From Microcoleus sp. GA_180221_E-2-1-MAG-45_12 (lineage in GTDB: Bacteria > Cyanobacteriota > Cyanobacteriia > Cyanobacteriales > JAAUUE01), in assembly GCA_020692245.1 (NCBI GenBank), contig JAIMKT010000018.1, positions 1-58,766 of the forward strand: a DNA stretch of 58,766 nucleotides, read 5' to 3'. Positions 47,121 to 57,028 of the stretch are shown here, one piece after another. The notes beneath the pieces are model-generated. The model had not been told where the DNA came from and did no database searches. It saw nothing but the letters and a program-made list of their open reading frames with translations. Within the stretch, counting starts at the first letter, position 1. Each line of letters starts with the position of its first letter. The position numbers and the translations under genes are program-made.

Positions 47121-48410
47121 CTAGTAGATAGTTGGAATATTCACCTCATAGGAATTTTCTTTAATTTGTAAACCGGGGAGACCAGATTCAGGGATCAACC
47201 GTATCAGTTCCGCAACTCGTAGAGCCGAAGTAACCGCCCCTTCGTGCAAGCCATCCCCTAGATAGGCTCCTGCATGGTATGTATGATTCTCACCATTGGT
47301 TGCCATCACTTCATCTCGGTAGCGGAAAGATTCCGTAGTATAAAACGGGGTGTGATGTTCTTGGCGGTGAATCAGGCTATTTTTAGCAATCAGTTCCTCT
47401 AGTTGGTAGGAAAGAAAATAACTTTCTGGTGAGGAGATGCCACAAAGCTGATTGAGATAACTGTTATAGCCCCAGCTACTACTGGTCTGGAAAAAATCAA
47501 ACTCTGAGGGGTTTTGGACTCCAAAAGGCTGATAGAGAGAACTATCTCGATGCACGATACTAGTTATATGATTAGCCTGCCAAGCCGAAAACCGTTTAAT
47601 TTCCGCAGGGCTGGGATCAGCTAACAAAGCCATCACCTGATCTGGCGGCGTAGCAAATACAACTTTATCAAACTCCTGAACTTCCCCTGTCTTTTGCCAA
47701 ATTTTCACGACATGGGAGCTTCTAGAAATGCGATCGATCTCGGCATTCAGCACCACATCCCCCTGAAATTTTTCCAAGATTTTTTCTATGTAAGAATACA
47801 CACCACCCTTAATTCTCACCCAATCCACAGAAATATAATCTCGCAACATGGGCAAGGCTAATTCGGCCGGAAAATCGTCGATCGTCTCCAAGGGCATAGA
47901 GTAGCTATACATGACTAGCAATTTTATCCACGTATTCCGAATACAGGGTTGTTGTAAATAATGAGCAAGGGGCTGATAGGCAAAATCTTGGACATCTGCA
48001 AATTTTGTTCTGAGCCACAAGCCCGCTGAACGAGCATAGAGAGTATCGAGGCGTAAATATTCTAGGAGACGCTGGAGGCCAGCAAAATTTTTATCGATCG
48101 CCACTCCCGATAGAAAGTGACTGCCATCCTGAAGAAATAGGGCGGAACCAATCTGAATGGGTTCTAGTTCTACCCCTAGCTCTGTCATGAGGGCAAGAAA
48201 GTTATGAAATACGGTAGGAAACTCTAGAACTCCACATTCCAGCATCTCTGGGCAATCGGTTTGATTAGGCTGGACATTTTTATGCAGCGTCCGAATGTGT
48301 CCCCCTAAGGTAGATTGCCGTTCAAATACTGTGACCCGATGCCCCTGTTTATCCAGCAGGTAAGCTGTCACCATACCACTGGCTCCACCTCCAACAATTG
48401 CAATTCTCAT
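47121..48410 (-). CDS. FAD-dependent oxidoreductase (amine-oxidase fold)
   Basis: The N-terminal Rossmann dinucleotide motif IAIVGGGASGMVTAYLL...VTVFER...LGGH is present. Confidence 0.75.
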   Translation of the reverse strand: MRIAIVGGGASGMVTAYLLDKQGHRVTVFERQSTLGGHIRTLHKNVQPNQTDCPEMLECGVLEFPTVFHNFLALMTELGVELEPIQIGSALFLQDGSHFLSGVAIDKNFAGLQRLLEYLRLDTLYARSAGLWLRTKFADVQDFAYQPLAHYLQQPCIRNTWIKLLVMYSYSMPLETIDDFPAELALPMLRDYISVDWVRIKGGVYSYIEKILEKFQGDVVLNAEIDRISRSSHVVKIWQKTGEVQEFDKVVFATPPDQVMALLADPSPAEIKRFSAWQANHITSIVHRDSSLYQPFGVQNPSEFDFFQTSSSWGYNSYLNQLCGISSPESYFLSYQLEELIAKNSLIHRQEHHTPFYTTESFRYRDEVMATNGENHTYHAGAYLGDGLHEGAVTSALRVAELIRLIPESGLPGLQIKENSYEVNIPTIY

Positions 48411-48449
48411 GATTGACCTCCAGATTAATACTTCAGACTAATAAAATAA

Positions 48450-49988
48450 TTAGCTAGTACCTAAAATTTCATCCCCCGATAATTTTTGATACAAAAGAGC
48501 GCCTGTCCAAATCGTGGGGGCAAAGCCGGGATAGCCAGAGGAAGCATTGCAGAAGTAGAAATCTTTCAGGGAGGTTTCCTGATTTAGTCGTCCCAAGCCC
48601 ATATTCCGGGGAGTTAAACTGGAACCGTAGGAATTTCCATGGGGACTCCAGCAGAAACGCTCATTGGTAGTGGGGCTGCCTGTGATATGGAAAACCATGT
48701 GTTTTCTAAAATTCGGTACATAGTGCTTTTCCACCACATCAAGGATAGAATCTAAGATTTCTTGCTTTTTCTGGGTGTAGGCTTTATGACTAGTCTCCCG
48801 CAATTGTTTAAAGTAGCCATAATTCGCCACCGTGAGAAATTCCACAATCTGGCAATCTTCGGGGCAATCACCCCTTGCTCCGGTTAGGAAAGTAGGAGTT
48901 GTAATCGCAAAACTAGGATTAGAAAAATCATGGCGATCGTACATCTGGGCAAAGGCTGCATTTAGATCCTGATGCCCCGTATGAAAGAGATTCCATTTGC
49001 CAAAACCGTAGTCCCGCAGATCAATATCTTTAACTACGCAGTACACCATGTAGTTTGAAGCCGAATATTCATAATCCAGTTTGCGACGGACGGTTTTGGA
49101 GAACTTTTCCACCCCGATCATCTTGGCGGCTTTTTTGGGATCAATATTGCAAATCACAGTATCACCCGTAAATTCATGGGTTTGATGAGTGGTGAGATCG
49201 ATCGCCTCCACTCCTGTCACCGTTTTATCGACAACTCGGAAATTCTTTACTTCATGATTAAGCAACACCTGCCCTCCGTGGGATTCGATCACTTTGACCA
49301 AGGCATTGATCACGCTCTCAAAATGTTGAGTTGGATAAAAAGCTCCTGCTTGATAGCCCCGGAACAAGGCAACCCAAGCGTAGAAGGAAAGTTGATTTGG
49401 AGGTAGTAAAAAATCAAGCCATTGCAGAGCTAATAGGGTTTGGGCAGCTTGGGGTAGCTGAAATTTATCAAAGACATCTTGCAGAGTGCTATGCAGATAG
49501 AGGACAGTCCCAAATACTTCGATCGGATGTTTTAGTAATTCCGTGGGCTTGATTGGAGGCGAGAGAGTCTTTAATCCCTCCCCAGTCTTTTCTACAGCCT
49601 CAACAAATTGGCGAATATTAATCTTAAATTCTGGAAACAGCGCTGATAATCGTTGAATTAATTCCTCTGGCTCTGAGGGAATATCCAAGGCATAACCCGG
49701 CATTCGCATATGATCAAAACCTTGGGGATCATAGCGTTCAAAGGTTATTTCCTGATCCAAGCCCAGTTTTTTGAGTACTTTGTTAACAGTTTGCCCTTCG
49801 CCACAATCCCAGACATAGTGAAATTGGGCGTTAAACGTATATTTCTTCGCCATCGTAAACGTATGTCCATAACCACCGGGGTGCTCATGGGCTTCGAGAA
49901 TTTGCACAGTTTTGCCAGAGTTTGCCATCAAAGCCCCAAAGGTCAATGCTGATAAACCACTGCCGACGATCAAGTAATCTGGTTTCAT
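48450..49988 (-). CDS. CrtI/RetSat-like NAD(P)/FAD-dependent oxidoreductase
   Basis: It has YLIVGSGLSALTFGALMANSGKTVQILEAHEHPGGY, and its ~510-aa length is typical of the phytoene desaturase superfamily. Confidence 0.7.
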   Translation of the reverse strand: MKPDYLIVGSGLSALTFGALMANSGKTVQILEAHEHPGGYGHTFTMAKKYTFNAQFHYVWDCGEGQTVNKVLKKLGLDQEITFERYDPQGFDHMRMPGYALDIPSEPEELIQRLSALFPEFKINIRQFVEAVEKTGEGLKTLSPPIKPTELLKHPIEVFGTVLYLHSTLQDVFDKFQLPQAAQTLLALQWLDFLLPPNQLSFYAWVALFRGYQAGAFYPTQHFESVINALVKVIESHGGQVLLNHEVKNFRVVDKTVTGVEAIDLTTHQTHEFTGDTVICNIDPKKAAKMIGVEKFSKTVRRKLDYEYSASNYMVYCVVKDIDLRDYGFGKWNLFHTGHQDLNAAFAQMYDRHDFSNPSFAITTPTFLTGARGDCPEDCQIVEFLTVANYGYFKQLRETSHKAYTQKKQEILDSILDVVEKHYVPNFRKHMVFHITGSPTTNERFCWSPHGNSYGSSLTPRNMGLGRLNQETSLKDFYFCNASSGYPGFAPTIWTGALLYQKLSGDEILGTS

Positions 49989-50044
49989 ATCTAGATTTCC
50001 TCAAATAATAAACATCTTTAGCCGTTTAAACTCAATCTTCAAAT

Positions 50045-50710
50045 TCAACGTTTTTTGACTGATCCTAAGCCTTGTACAGATTTCTGGACTTGGGGAGAGC
50101 CAATATATTCTACGGAACCCACGCCGGAGACTGTGACATCTAACTTCTCACTCACGTTGACCACGGCGCTCCCGACTCCACTGTGACGAACCGTAGCTTG
50201 CCTAACCTGCAAATTTTCGCCCTGGAAACTGCCCACTCCAGCCAGATTTAGAGTCAACACATCGACCCTGCCAGCGATCGTCATACTACCCACTCCATCA
50301 AAGTCAATTGACAACTGCTTCCCTTGGATATCCTTGACTTCCATACTACCGACACCATCGATCTTTAAGTCCTCTAAGCTCTTGACCTCCACTACAAATT
50401 CAATGGGCTTAGTCGGCGTGAAACTGGTATCTTTTTTCATGGTGAGATACAAAACATTGTCTGCAACACGACTCTCTAGCAACGGCAAAATGTTATCATC
50501 GGCGGTAATTGTCAGAGATTCTTTTCCCGTTTGTTGTATCGTAATTTTCCCAATAGATTTACTAGAAATAGCTGAAAATCCAGCCGCCTCTCTAGATTCA
50601 GTCTTGGCTATGCCAGAACCCCGCAGTCCACCACCCCAAATGAGAATGCAACCACCTAATAGGCTTAAAGCTGCCAAGCATCCTAATAATTTATATCTTT
50701 GCAAACTCAT
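50045..50710 (-). CDS. DUF2807 (head GIN domain) lipoprotein
   Basis: A lipobox LLGGC follows the signal peptide. Repeated GVGS beta-helix-like units are present (DGVGSM, AGVGSF, SGVGSA, SGVGSV). Confidence 0.65.
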   Translation of the reverse strand: MSLQRYKLLGCLAALSLLGGCILIWGGGLRGSGIAKTESREAAGFSAISSKSIGKITIQQTGKESLTITADDNILPLLESRVADNVLYLTMKKDTSFTPTKPIEFVVEVKSLEDLKIDGVGSMEVKDIQGKQLSIDFDGVGSMTIAGRVDVLTLNLAGVGSFQGENLQVRQATVRHSGVGSAVVNVSEKLDVTVSGVGSVEYIGSPQVQKSVQGLGSVKKR

Positions 50711-50810
50711 TTATTTTATCTATCTTGGTGCAAGTTTTTCTAATGAAATAAATATTAGAACAGGAGAATCATCTACTGAGAATATGCTATGGGAGGTTTG
50801 TAGTTATGGC

Positions 50811-51176
50811 TTAACTAGCTTGGAATTTTACTAGGGTTTGGGTTCCAGTAGGATCAGTGATAGAAATTACGATCATTTCTCCTTCAGGATTTTGTCCAGT
50901 AGAAACAGTTGTGGGAGCATCGATCGCATGGGCATAGATCACTTCATTTGTACCTACCTCGATCGCCAAACTGTTACCTTTACTAGGACGATCGTAAATC
51001 ATCGCCAACAAAGGTGAATCTTTCACTAATTCTTCATCCCCAAGAGCCGCATTAATAATTTCAATAGAAATCCTTTGTCCAGCATTAACAAGGGAAACTC
51101 GATCAAAGAATTCCCCCCATTGTTCCTTCGGAATAGATTTACTGGAGTCAACTTTGTTTGTTAGGTTACTTGTCAT
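50811..51176 (-). CDS. Hypothetical protein (DUF5335-like?)
   Basis: 121-aa ORF. The family assignment comes only from a vague recollection of the WGEFFDRVS...ISIEI pattern. Confidence 0.4.
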   Translation of the reverse strand: MTSNLTNKVDSSKSIPKEQWGEFFDRVSLVNAGQRISIEIINAALGDEELVKDSPLLAMIYDRPSKGNSLAIEVGTNEVIYAHAIDAPTTVSTGQNPEGEMIVISITDPTGTQTLVKFQAS

Positions 51177-51394
51177 TTTATTTACTCGCAGTTATTAGAG
51201 GATATTTACTCTCAGTTATTAAAGGATATCTAATATTAAAGGATGTCTAAAAACTATAGCCCTAGCAACTAAAAACTTTCTTTGAAACTCAGATTTGACA
51301 AAGCTCAGTCAAACTGTTGAGCCATAGTCTTTGTTTTTGCAATAAAGTTTTTAAGCACTAGAACCATTTTAAACACCCTCTTATTCCTTTATGC

Positions 51395-51820
51395 CTATTT
51401 CCCTATAGTTGTCGTCGCAGCTTTGGCATCTAATCTAGCATCGATCGCTTCCAAAGTTGCCTTTTCTGCTTCTTCCATAGTCGCCATTGCTAAGAAAATT
51501 GCCGTGTTAGCATAGTCCTCAGCTTTGTCTGCTCGATGTTCAAGTTTCTTAACTTCATGGCTAGTTTTCCATTCCTCCACATGGGATTTTACCTCAGCTT
51601 CTTTTTCCGCAAATTGAGTTTTGAGCTTTGCTTGGTAATCAGCAAATTCCTGTTTTTTAGCTTCTAGAGTTTTTCCTGCTTCTTCAAGTTTCAATTGAAT
51701 TTCAGCTTGCGTTTTTTTAGGAGCAGATTGAATACTTTCTTTTAGGGATTTTGCTCGGTTTTCCATTGCTTCTAAGTTGTCATGGAGCTGTTGGGTAAAG
51801 TTGTCGATCGCAGTACTCAT
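51395..51820 (-). CDS. Charged coiled-coil protein
   Basis: 141-aa ORF rich in Lys, Glu and Ala with heptad-like character. No enzymatic motif is present. Confidence 0.45.
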   Translation of the reverse strand: MSTAIDNFTQQLHDNLEAMENRAKSLKESIQSAPKKTQAEIQLKLEEAGKTLEAKKQEFADYQAKLKTQFAEKEAEVKSHVEEWKTSHEVKKLEHRADKAEDYANTAIFLAMATMEEAEKATLEAIDARLDAKAATTTIGK

Positions 51821-51975
51821 GATAAAGCCTCTATTATATTTTGTTATGTTTGTGTAGCGTCTATGGTGCTGGTGAAATACAGGGCAGAAACTAGAATCAT
51901 TTATCTAGGACAGCTTGTATATTTCAGTAAATTAGGAAACGCCATAGTAGTTTTCCTTTTAATTAATTAAAAATG

Positions 51976-52494
51976 CTAGACTGCAACTACAGTTTTATCT
52001 AGCATTTGCTTCGCCCGATTAATATCTTCCTCACTGCCTGTGACAAGAATAATAAATTCTCCTGCTTGGATTCTGCTCTCATACTTCAGTACCTCATTCT
52101 TGGGAATACCTAATCCACCTAAAGCTCCTGCTAATCCTCCTATCGCCGCTGCCCCTGCCGCACCAACTAGCGTGCCTTCCAGCCAACCAGCCAATACTCC
52201 AGCCACAGGACCAGCAATAATCAACGGAGCCATGCCGGGAATAAACACCACTCCAGCCCCTGTTAAAATCCCAAACAAACCACCAATAAAGCTCCCCCAA
52301 TAACCACCGCCAACGGCTCCACCTTTAGCGGTATCTTGCCAAGTAAGAAATCCCCGTATATGTTCAGTGGTCTGATAATCTTTCCCCACAATAGAAAGCT
52401 TCTGCATATCAAAGCCTTCTTTTTGTAGTTCTAAGACTGCTCTTTCTGCTTCTATATGAGAAGGAAAGTGTCCAATAATTGTATGAGTATACAT
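51976..52494 (-). CDS. General stress protein (GSP17M-like N-domain + glycine-zipper membrane region)
   Basis: The N-terminus is IGHFPSHIEAERAVLELQKEGFDMQKLSIVGKDY. It is followed by GxxxG-rich hydrophobic segments. Confidence 0.6.
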   Translation of the reverse strand: MYTHTIIGHFPSHIEAERAVLELQKEGFDMQKLSIVGKDYQTTEHIRGFLTWQDTAKGGAVGGGYWGSFIGGLFGILTGAGVVFIPGMAPLIIAGPVAGVLAGWLEGTLVGAAGAAAIGGLAGALGGLGIPKNEVLKYESRIQAGEFIILVTGSEEDINRAKQMLDKTVVAV

Positions 52495-52782
52495 TATGTT
52501 TTTATGCCCTTGAGTTTCAAAGAAATCTCAAATTAGGTTTTTCTTTACTAATTTAATCCTGACACAAGTTACTCAATATAACTTCTACCTTTTGAACGTT
52601 TTAGTATAACTTATACAATTCAAACATAATCCTTTTTATAAATCCCTATAATAGCTAACATAATAACTATAAAAACCCTGCATAGTTGTACCCACTGAAG
52701 AGGCATAAAGACACCTACTAAAAGCGAATCAGCATTTATTCAGCCTTAGCAACTGAAGACGCAGCTATAGATTTTTGTTCTT

Positions 52783-53262
52783 CTAGTTGTCAGTCGATCG
52801 CTCTAGGGGAAAGGCAAGCCAAAACCAGCAATAAAGTAATAGAAAAAAACCGGGAATTACGATCGCTAAAATCACTGTGATAATCCGTACTCCCATTACT
52901 GGTAGTTGCCATTGTTGGGCGATCGCTCCGCATACTCCAGCAATAGCTTTGTGGTGACGACTACGGCGGAAATTAGCGATCGGGGTTTCGGTAAGATCAA
53001 TGTTAATTAGGGATGGATTAGCTTTTGAAATCAAAGAAACGATTAATCCTAAGCAACCTAAAACTGCCGAAGGAATGGTGACAATTGCTAACCAGTGAGT
53101 AAAGACCATACCTGTTACTAGGTCTCCCAACCAAACCGGAGCCGGACAGCTAAAAATCATAGCTTCTGACTGACAATCAAAGTGTCCAGCCAAGCTGAAT
53201 CCGCCCCAAGTAATAAGTAGAGGAAAAACTCCATAGAAAAGACAAATGCTTAGTAAAATCAA
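52783..53262 (-). CDS. PspC-domain membrane protein
   Basis: A C-terminal PspC motif is present (RSRHHKAIAGVCGAIAQQWQLPVMGVRIITVILAI). The start is uncertain: the track uses a TTG, and the frame stays open and hydrophobic for a further 47 codons upstream with no ATG, GTG or TTG. Confidence 0.6.
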   Translation of the reverse strand: MILLSICLFYGVFPLLITWGGFSLAGHFDCQSEAMIFSCPAPVWLGDLVTGMVFTHWLAIVTIPSAVLGCLGLIVSLISKANPSLINIDLTETPIANFRRSRHHKAIAGVCGAIAQQWQLPVMGVRIITVILAIVIPGFFLLLYCWFWLAFPLERSTDN

Positions 53263-53443
53263 ATGCCAACCTAGAGATATGGAACGAAGGATGGCGATCG
53301 AAGCAATTGCTGGAGCAATAAATAGTAAAGTTAATAATACTAAGGGAAAGTAAATTATCTTGTTACTCCTAAAATTTATTAATTTACTTACTAGAAGCTG
53401 AATTTAAATATGACAGGCGATCGATTGATTTTCTAAATAAATC

Positions 53444-53506
53444 GAATGAATTGATTGAGTATGCTATAAAACTTAGTCAAAATACCTAAATCCATGGAAA
53501 TAACTA
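53444..53506. repeat. Dispersed 63-nt intergenic element, copy 2
   Basis: It matches 45402..45464. The five differences all fall outside the 9-bp stem. Confidence 0.85.
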
Positions 53507-53517
53507 CAACTAAAATC

Positions 53518-55203
53518 TTAAAATCTTGGCAGGATTATTCGTGAAGGAGAATCGCCCCCACTGGATAGGGTGATGGTGATGATTTGCTGGTCGATGAGTT
53601 GGGAATTGGCGATCGGTTTGCCAGTGCCGTCATTAACAGGGTAGGCCGGGAAGCAAGCACCACTGATACTTAAGCGGAGGGAATGCCCTGCTGGTAATTG
53701 CACACAAATAGGCTGGAGAGAAATTTTTAAGGGTAAATCCTCTGGATCATTAACTCGGAGGTAGCCTTGGGTAAAATTATAAACTCCACCTTGGCGATCG
53801 ACTTCTGAGAGAGTGGCGCTGAGATCAAAACTGGGAGTAGAAGCGGTAGCAAAGAGTTCCACAATAATTACCCCTAGCAGAGATAGATCGGTAGTCAGGG
53901 GAGCGGTGGTATAGGTCAACACATCAGTCCGGCCATCAAGGGAGGCGCGATCGAACTGTCCCGCACTGCCAGCATGACCCCCCAAACTCGGTACAGGTCG
54001 CCAAGGATCATGGACAAAAGTATCTTGATTTATCTCTGATTCTGGCTTCAGGACTAACTTCCCCGCATTTTCCTGCATCCCTGCTAATCCATTCGTTGCC
54101 AGAAAATAGATTTGAGTTTCTAGAGTGTCGGCACTAGCGGTTTTGGGTCGATCGACAGGCGGATTAGAAAACTTCGGAGGCGTGGGTAACTTGGGGAAAG
54201 TTTTCCAAGTGTTGCTACCCAACTCAAATAGGGTGACGGGATTTTCTGGTAAGGCGTAGGGAGTCTCGGCTGGTTCATCTTTGAGGAAATAGTTAAACCA
54301 TTGGATTTGCAGAGAGTCGATCGAGTTATTCGCTGCCGCCCCGTAATCTTTGCTGCCCACCTTCCGACCCCAAGGCAAATGCCCCCAAGGTGCAATGTAG
54401 AGATGTTGGGGATATTGACTCCGGGCTACCATTTCTTGATAAAGTCGCCAGTTGCCTCGCAGGAAAGGATCAAACCAGCCACCAATGTGGAGCATAGGTA
54501 AATCTATATCTCGTAGATCAGGGGATAACCGTTCCCAATAGCTGCCGGGGGTATCGTACTGGAGCCAGTCATGGTAAAAAGAATCTTCGGCGTACTGATT
54601 CATCACCTCTGGGAGAGCGGGGAGCGGGTCATGGAGAGGCAGATTTCTGGAGGCAGCGTAGAGAGCATTGTAAGCACTAATATTACTGCGGAGTCGGGCT
54701 GTTTCTGCCCCGATCTGAATCGCCCAACCGAGGTTATTTTGCAAACAAAAAGCTCCCCCTTCGTAGGCCCAATCAGCATAGAGATCAACGCCCATCATCG
54801 CTGGAATAATGGTTTTGAGGGCGGGGGGGTGATTCATCGCTGCATAAAGTTGAGTCATGGCTTGATAGGAAAACCCGTACATGCCCACCTTGCCATTACT
54901 CCTTGGTAAATTGGCAGCCCAATCCACAGTTTCGGCACCATCGCTGGTTTCGTGGCGAAAAACCTGAAAATCTCCCTCGGAAGTTCCCCGCCCCCGCACA
55001 TCTTGGATCACCACAATGTAGCCCTGACTGGCATACCAACGGGGATGAGCATAGACCACTGTGGAGGCGATCGCCCTGCCGTAGGGTTGGCGCATCAATA
55101 ACACCGGAAATTTCCCCTTTGCTTCGGGGTAATACACATCAGCATCAAGGCGGACACCATCACTGGTCGTCATAGAATGGGTTTCGGGGGGATGCACTGC
55201 CAT
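53518..55203 (-). CDS. CocE/NonD-family (S15 X-Pro dipeptidyl-peptidase-like) hydrolase
   Basis: 561-aa ORF with LLMRQPYGR, GYIVVIQDVRGRGTSEG and a nucleophile context GMYGFSYQA. Confidence 0.85.
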   Translation of the reverse strand: MAVHPPETHSMTTSDGVRLDADVYYPEAKGKFPVLLMRQPYGRAIASTVVYAHPRWYASQGYIVVIQDVRGRGTSEGDFQVFRHETSDGAETVDWAANLPRSNGKVGMYGFSYQAMTQLYAAMNHPPALKTIIPAMMGVDLYADWAYEGGAFCLQNNLGWAIQIGAETARLRSNISAYNALYAASRNLPLHDPLPALPEVMNQYAEDSFYHDWLQYDTPGSYWERLSPDLRDIDLPMLHIGGWFDPFLRGNWRLYQEMVARSQYPQHLYIAPWGHLPWGRKVGSKDYGAAANNSIDSLQIQWFNYFLKDEPAETPYALPENPVTLFELGSNTWKTFPKLPTPPKFSNPPVDRPKTASADTLETQIYFLATNGLAGMQENAGKLVLKPESEINQDTFVHDPWRPVPSLGGHAGSAGQFDRASLDGRTDVLTYTTAPLTTDLSLLGVIIVELFATASTPSFDLSATLSEVDRQGGVYNFTQGYLRVNDPEDLPLKISLQPICVQLPAGHSLRLSISGACFPAYPVNDGTGKPIANSQLIDQQIITITLSSGGDSPSRIILPRF

Positions 55204-55289
55204 GATTTTGCTAGTTTGGCTGGGAGTCTGAGGGCGATATTTAGGGATTTAAGGATCAACTAAAAATCAAGAGCTATTGGGTTAATAAT

Positions 55290-56369
55290 CTAACTTTCCA
55301 GTTTAATTTCTAAATGGTTCAGGAGTCGATCGAAGTCAAAATGCTCAACCATTAACTGCTGAATACAATTAATCTTGATGGGTTCATACAAACGCACTTG
55401 CCCAAAGGCATGATCGATCATTTCCACCGTGGAAAGGGTATCCAAATCTACAGATAAAATGGGGATTTCTAAATCTTCCGCACGGCTGAGAATAAACGGC
55501 TGGGGGGCAATTTGTCCCGTGAGGATCAGGCAATTGGTAGAAGTTTCCAGGGCAGCAAGTTGAATATCCGATCGATCGCCCCCCGTGACCACCGCCATAT
55601 TTGTACCTTTGCGGAAATATTTCAGAGCCGAGTTGACATTCATCGCTCCGATCTTGAGGCTTTGCACCATTAAGTCTAATCGATCGCCCCGACACAACAC
55701 CTCAGCATCTAACTGCTGTACCAACTGCTGCACACTCACACTGCGGAGAGTTTCACTGCGGGGCATCATACCTAAAACTGGAATTCCCTGCTTTTCGAGG
55801 TAGGGACGCATCTTGGTAGTAGCCAAATCTAAATCTGCGGGCGGCACATCATTGATTAACACTCCCGCTAGGCGATCGCCCAACTCCCGTTTCCCTGCCA
55901 ACAAATTATCTACCAATTCTTGAGGATGAAAACGAGCTACTATCAGCACTACTGCATCCAGGGTTTCTGCCATCTGCTGCAAACAGAGATCAAATAAAAT
56001 CCCTTCCCCCAAGGAAGCCGTCGCCTCTAGGATTCCTAAATTTCCCTTCTCTGTGTACTGCTGGAGAATCTCTTGATAATTGGTCTGGTCTTCCCCAGTT
56101 AAGCGTTTACTCAAAGTCTGTGGCTCTAAATACAACAGGGTGGGATGGAGTCGATCGGGAGCCAGGTCTAAAACTTTGGTAATCAGACTCACATCCGCTT
56201 CTTTGCCATCTTCGTTAATGGTTGTCCCTAGGGGCTTTCCGTAGGCAATATCCAGACCCCGTTTTTTGAGTTGGTGAGCAAGTCCCAAGATGGTTGCTGA
56301 TTTGCCACTGTAGGCAGCAGTCGAGCCGATCAGCAGATATTTAGCAGAGTTAGACACAATTAAATTCAC
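55290..56369 (-). CDS. Phosphotransacetylase-family protein lacking the PTA catalytic domain (BioD-like P-loop + DRTGG domain)
   Basis: It has a P-loop-like N-terminus GSTAAYSGKSATILGLA and a DRTGG-type block VVTGGDRSDIQLAAL. Confidence 0.7.
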   Translation of the reverse strand: MNLIVSNSAKYLLIGSTAAYSGKSATILGLAHQLKKRGLDIAYGKPLGTTINEDGKEADVSLITKVLDLAPDRLHPTLLYLEPQTLSKRLTGEDQTNYQEILQQYTEKGNLGILEATASLGEGILFDLCLQQMAETLDAVVLIVARFHPQELVDNLLAGKRELGDRLAGVLINDVPPADLDLATTKMRPYLEKQGIPVLGMMPRSETLRSVSVQQLVQQLDAEVLCRGDRLDLMVQSLKIGAMNVNSALKYFRKGTNMAVVTGGDRSDIQLAALETSTNCLILTGQIAPQPFILSRAEDLEIPILSVDLDTLSTVEMIDHAFGQVRLYEPIKINCIQQLMVEHFDFDRLLNHLEIKLES

Positions 56370-56479
56370 TCCAGAAATTGAGGAAAACTAGTAGATTGCG
56401 ATCAGAAGAACTATCTTAAAACTACCTTAAAATAATTTCAAAATAATTATATAAGCATCTAGTTTTGATTACTTAGCTC

Positions 56480-56863
56480 TTAGTCGTCTAGCTTTAATAG
56501 TTTGCGATAAAAAGGCTGCGGGAAATCTGTCAGGCGCGATCGCTTAAAGTTCATGATCACATCAATCAGATAATTGATAAACTCAGAATTTGCCAAGGTC
56601 ACTTCATAGCTCAACTCCGCATTCCCATCAAACTGAAAACGGCAGCGAGTTAGCTCTGCCGGCATACTAGAAACAAACCAACTTACCACAAAAGGAATAT
56701 CTTCCCCGCCCTCAATCTTTCTTTTGCCTTCCAAGGCTCCCTTTTGGTACAGACTAATTGCCAAGGGCAGCATCTGCCGCTTTACCCCTTGATAGTAGGG
56801 CATGTACATAGCCACAGCCCCTTGGGGAGCTGGTTGTAGTTTCTCAATTTCTGACATAGACAA
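56480..56863 (-). CDS. Hypothetical protein
   Basis: 127-aa ORF with host-like composition. I recognise no motif. Confidence 0.4.
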   Translation of the reverse strand: MSMSEIEKLQPAPQGAVAMYMPYYQGVKRQMLPLAISLYQKGALEGKRKIEGGEDIPFVVSWFVSSMPAELTRCRFQFDGNAELSYEVTLANSEFINYLIDVIMNFKRSRLTDFPQPFYRKLLKLDD

Positions 56864-57028
56864 GTCCTCGTTTCTGGAGTATTTTCAAGATTTTCTAGGG
56901 ATACTTTCCGGGAATCCTTTCCAGTATTCTATTGCTGATTAGTGGCTAGTTCCGGTTATGATCTCTTAAAAGGCGATAAAGGCTTAACATTATCTTATTT
57001 TTGAGTGTACACCTTAGCGGGGAAATTT

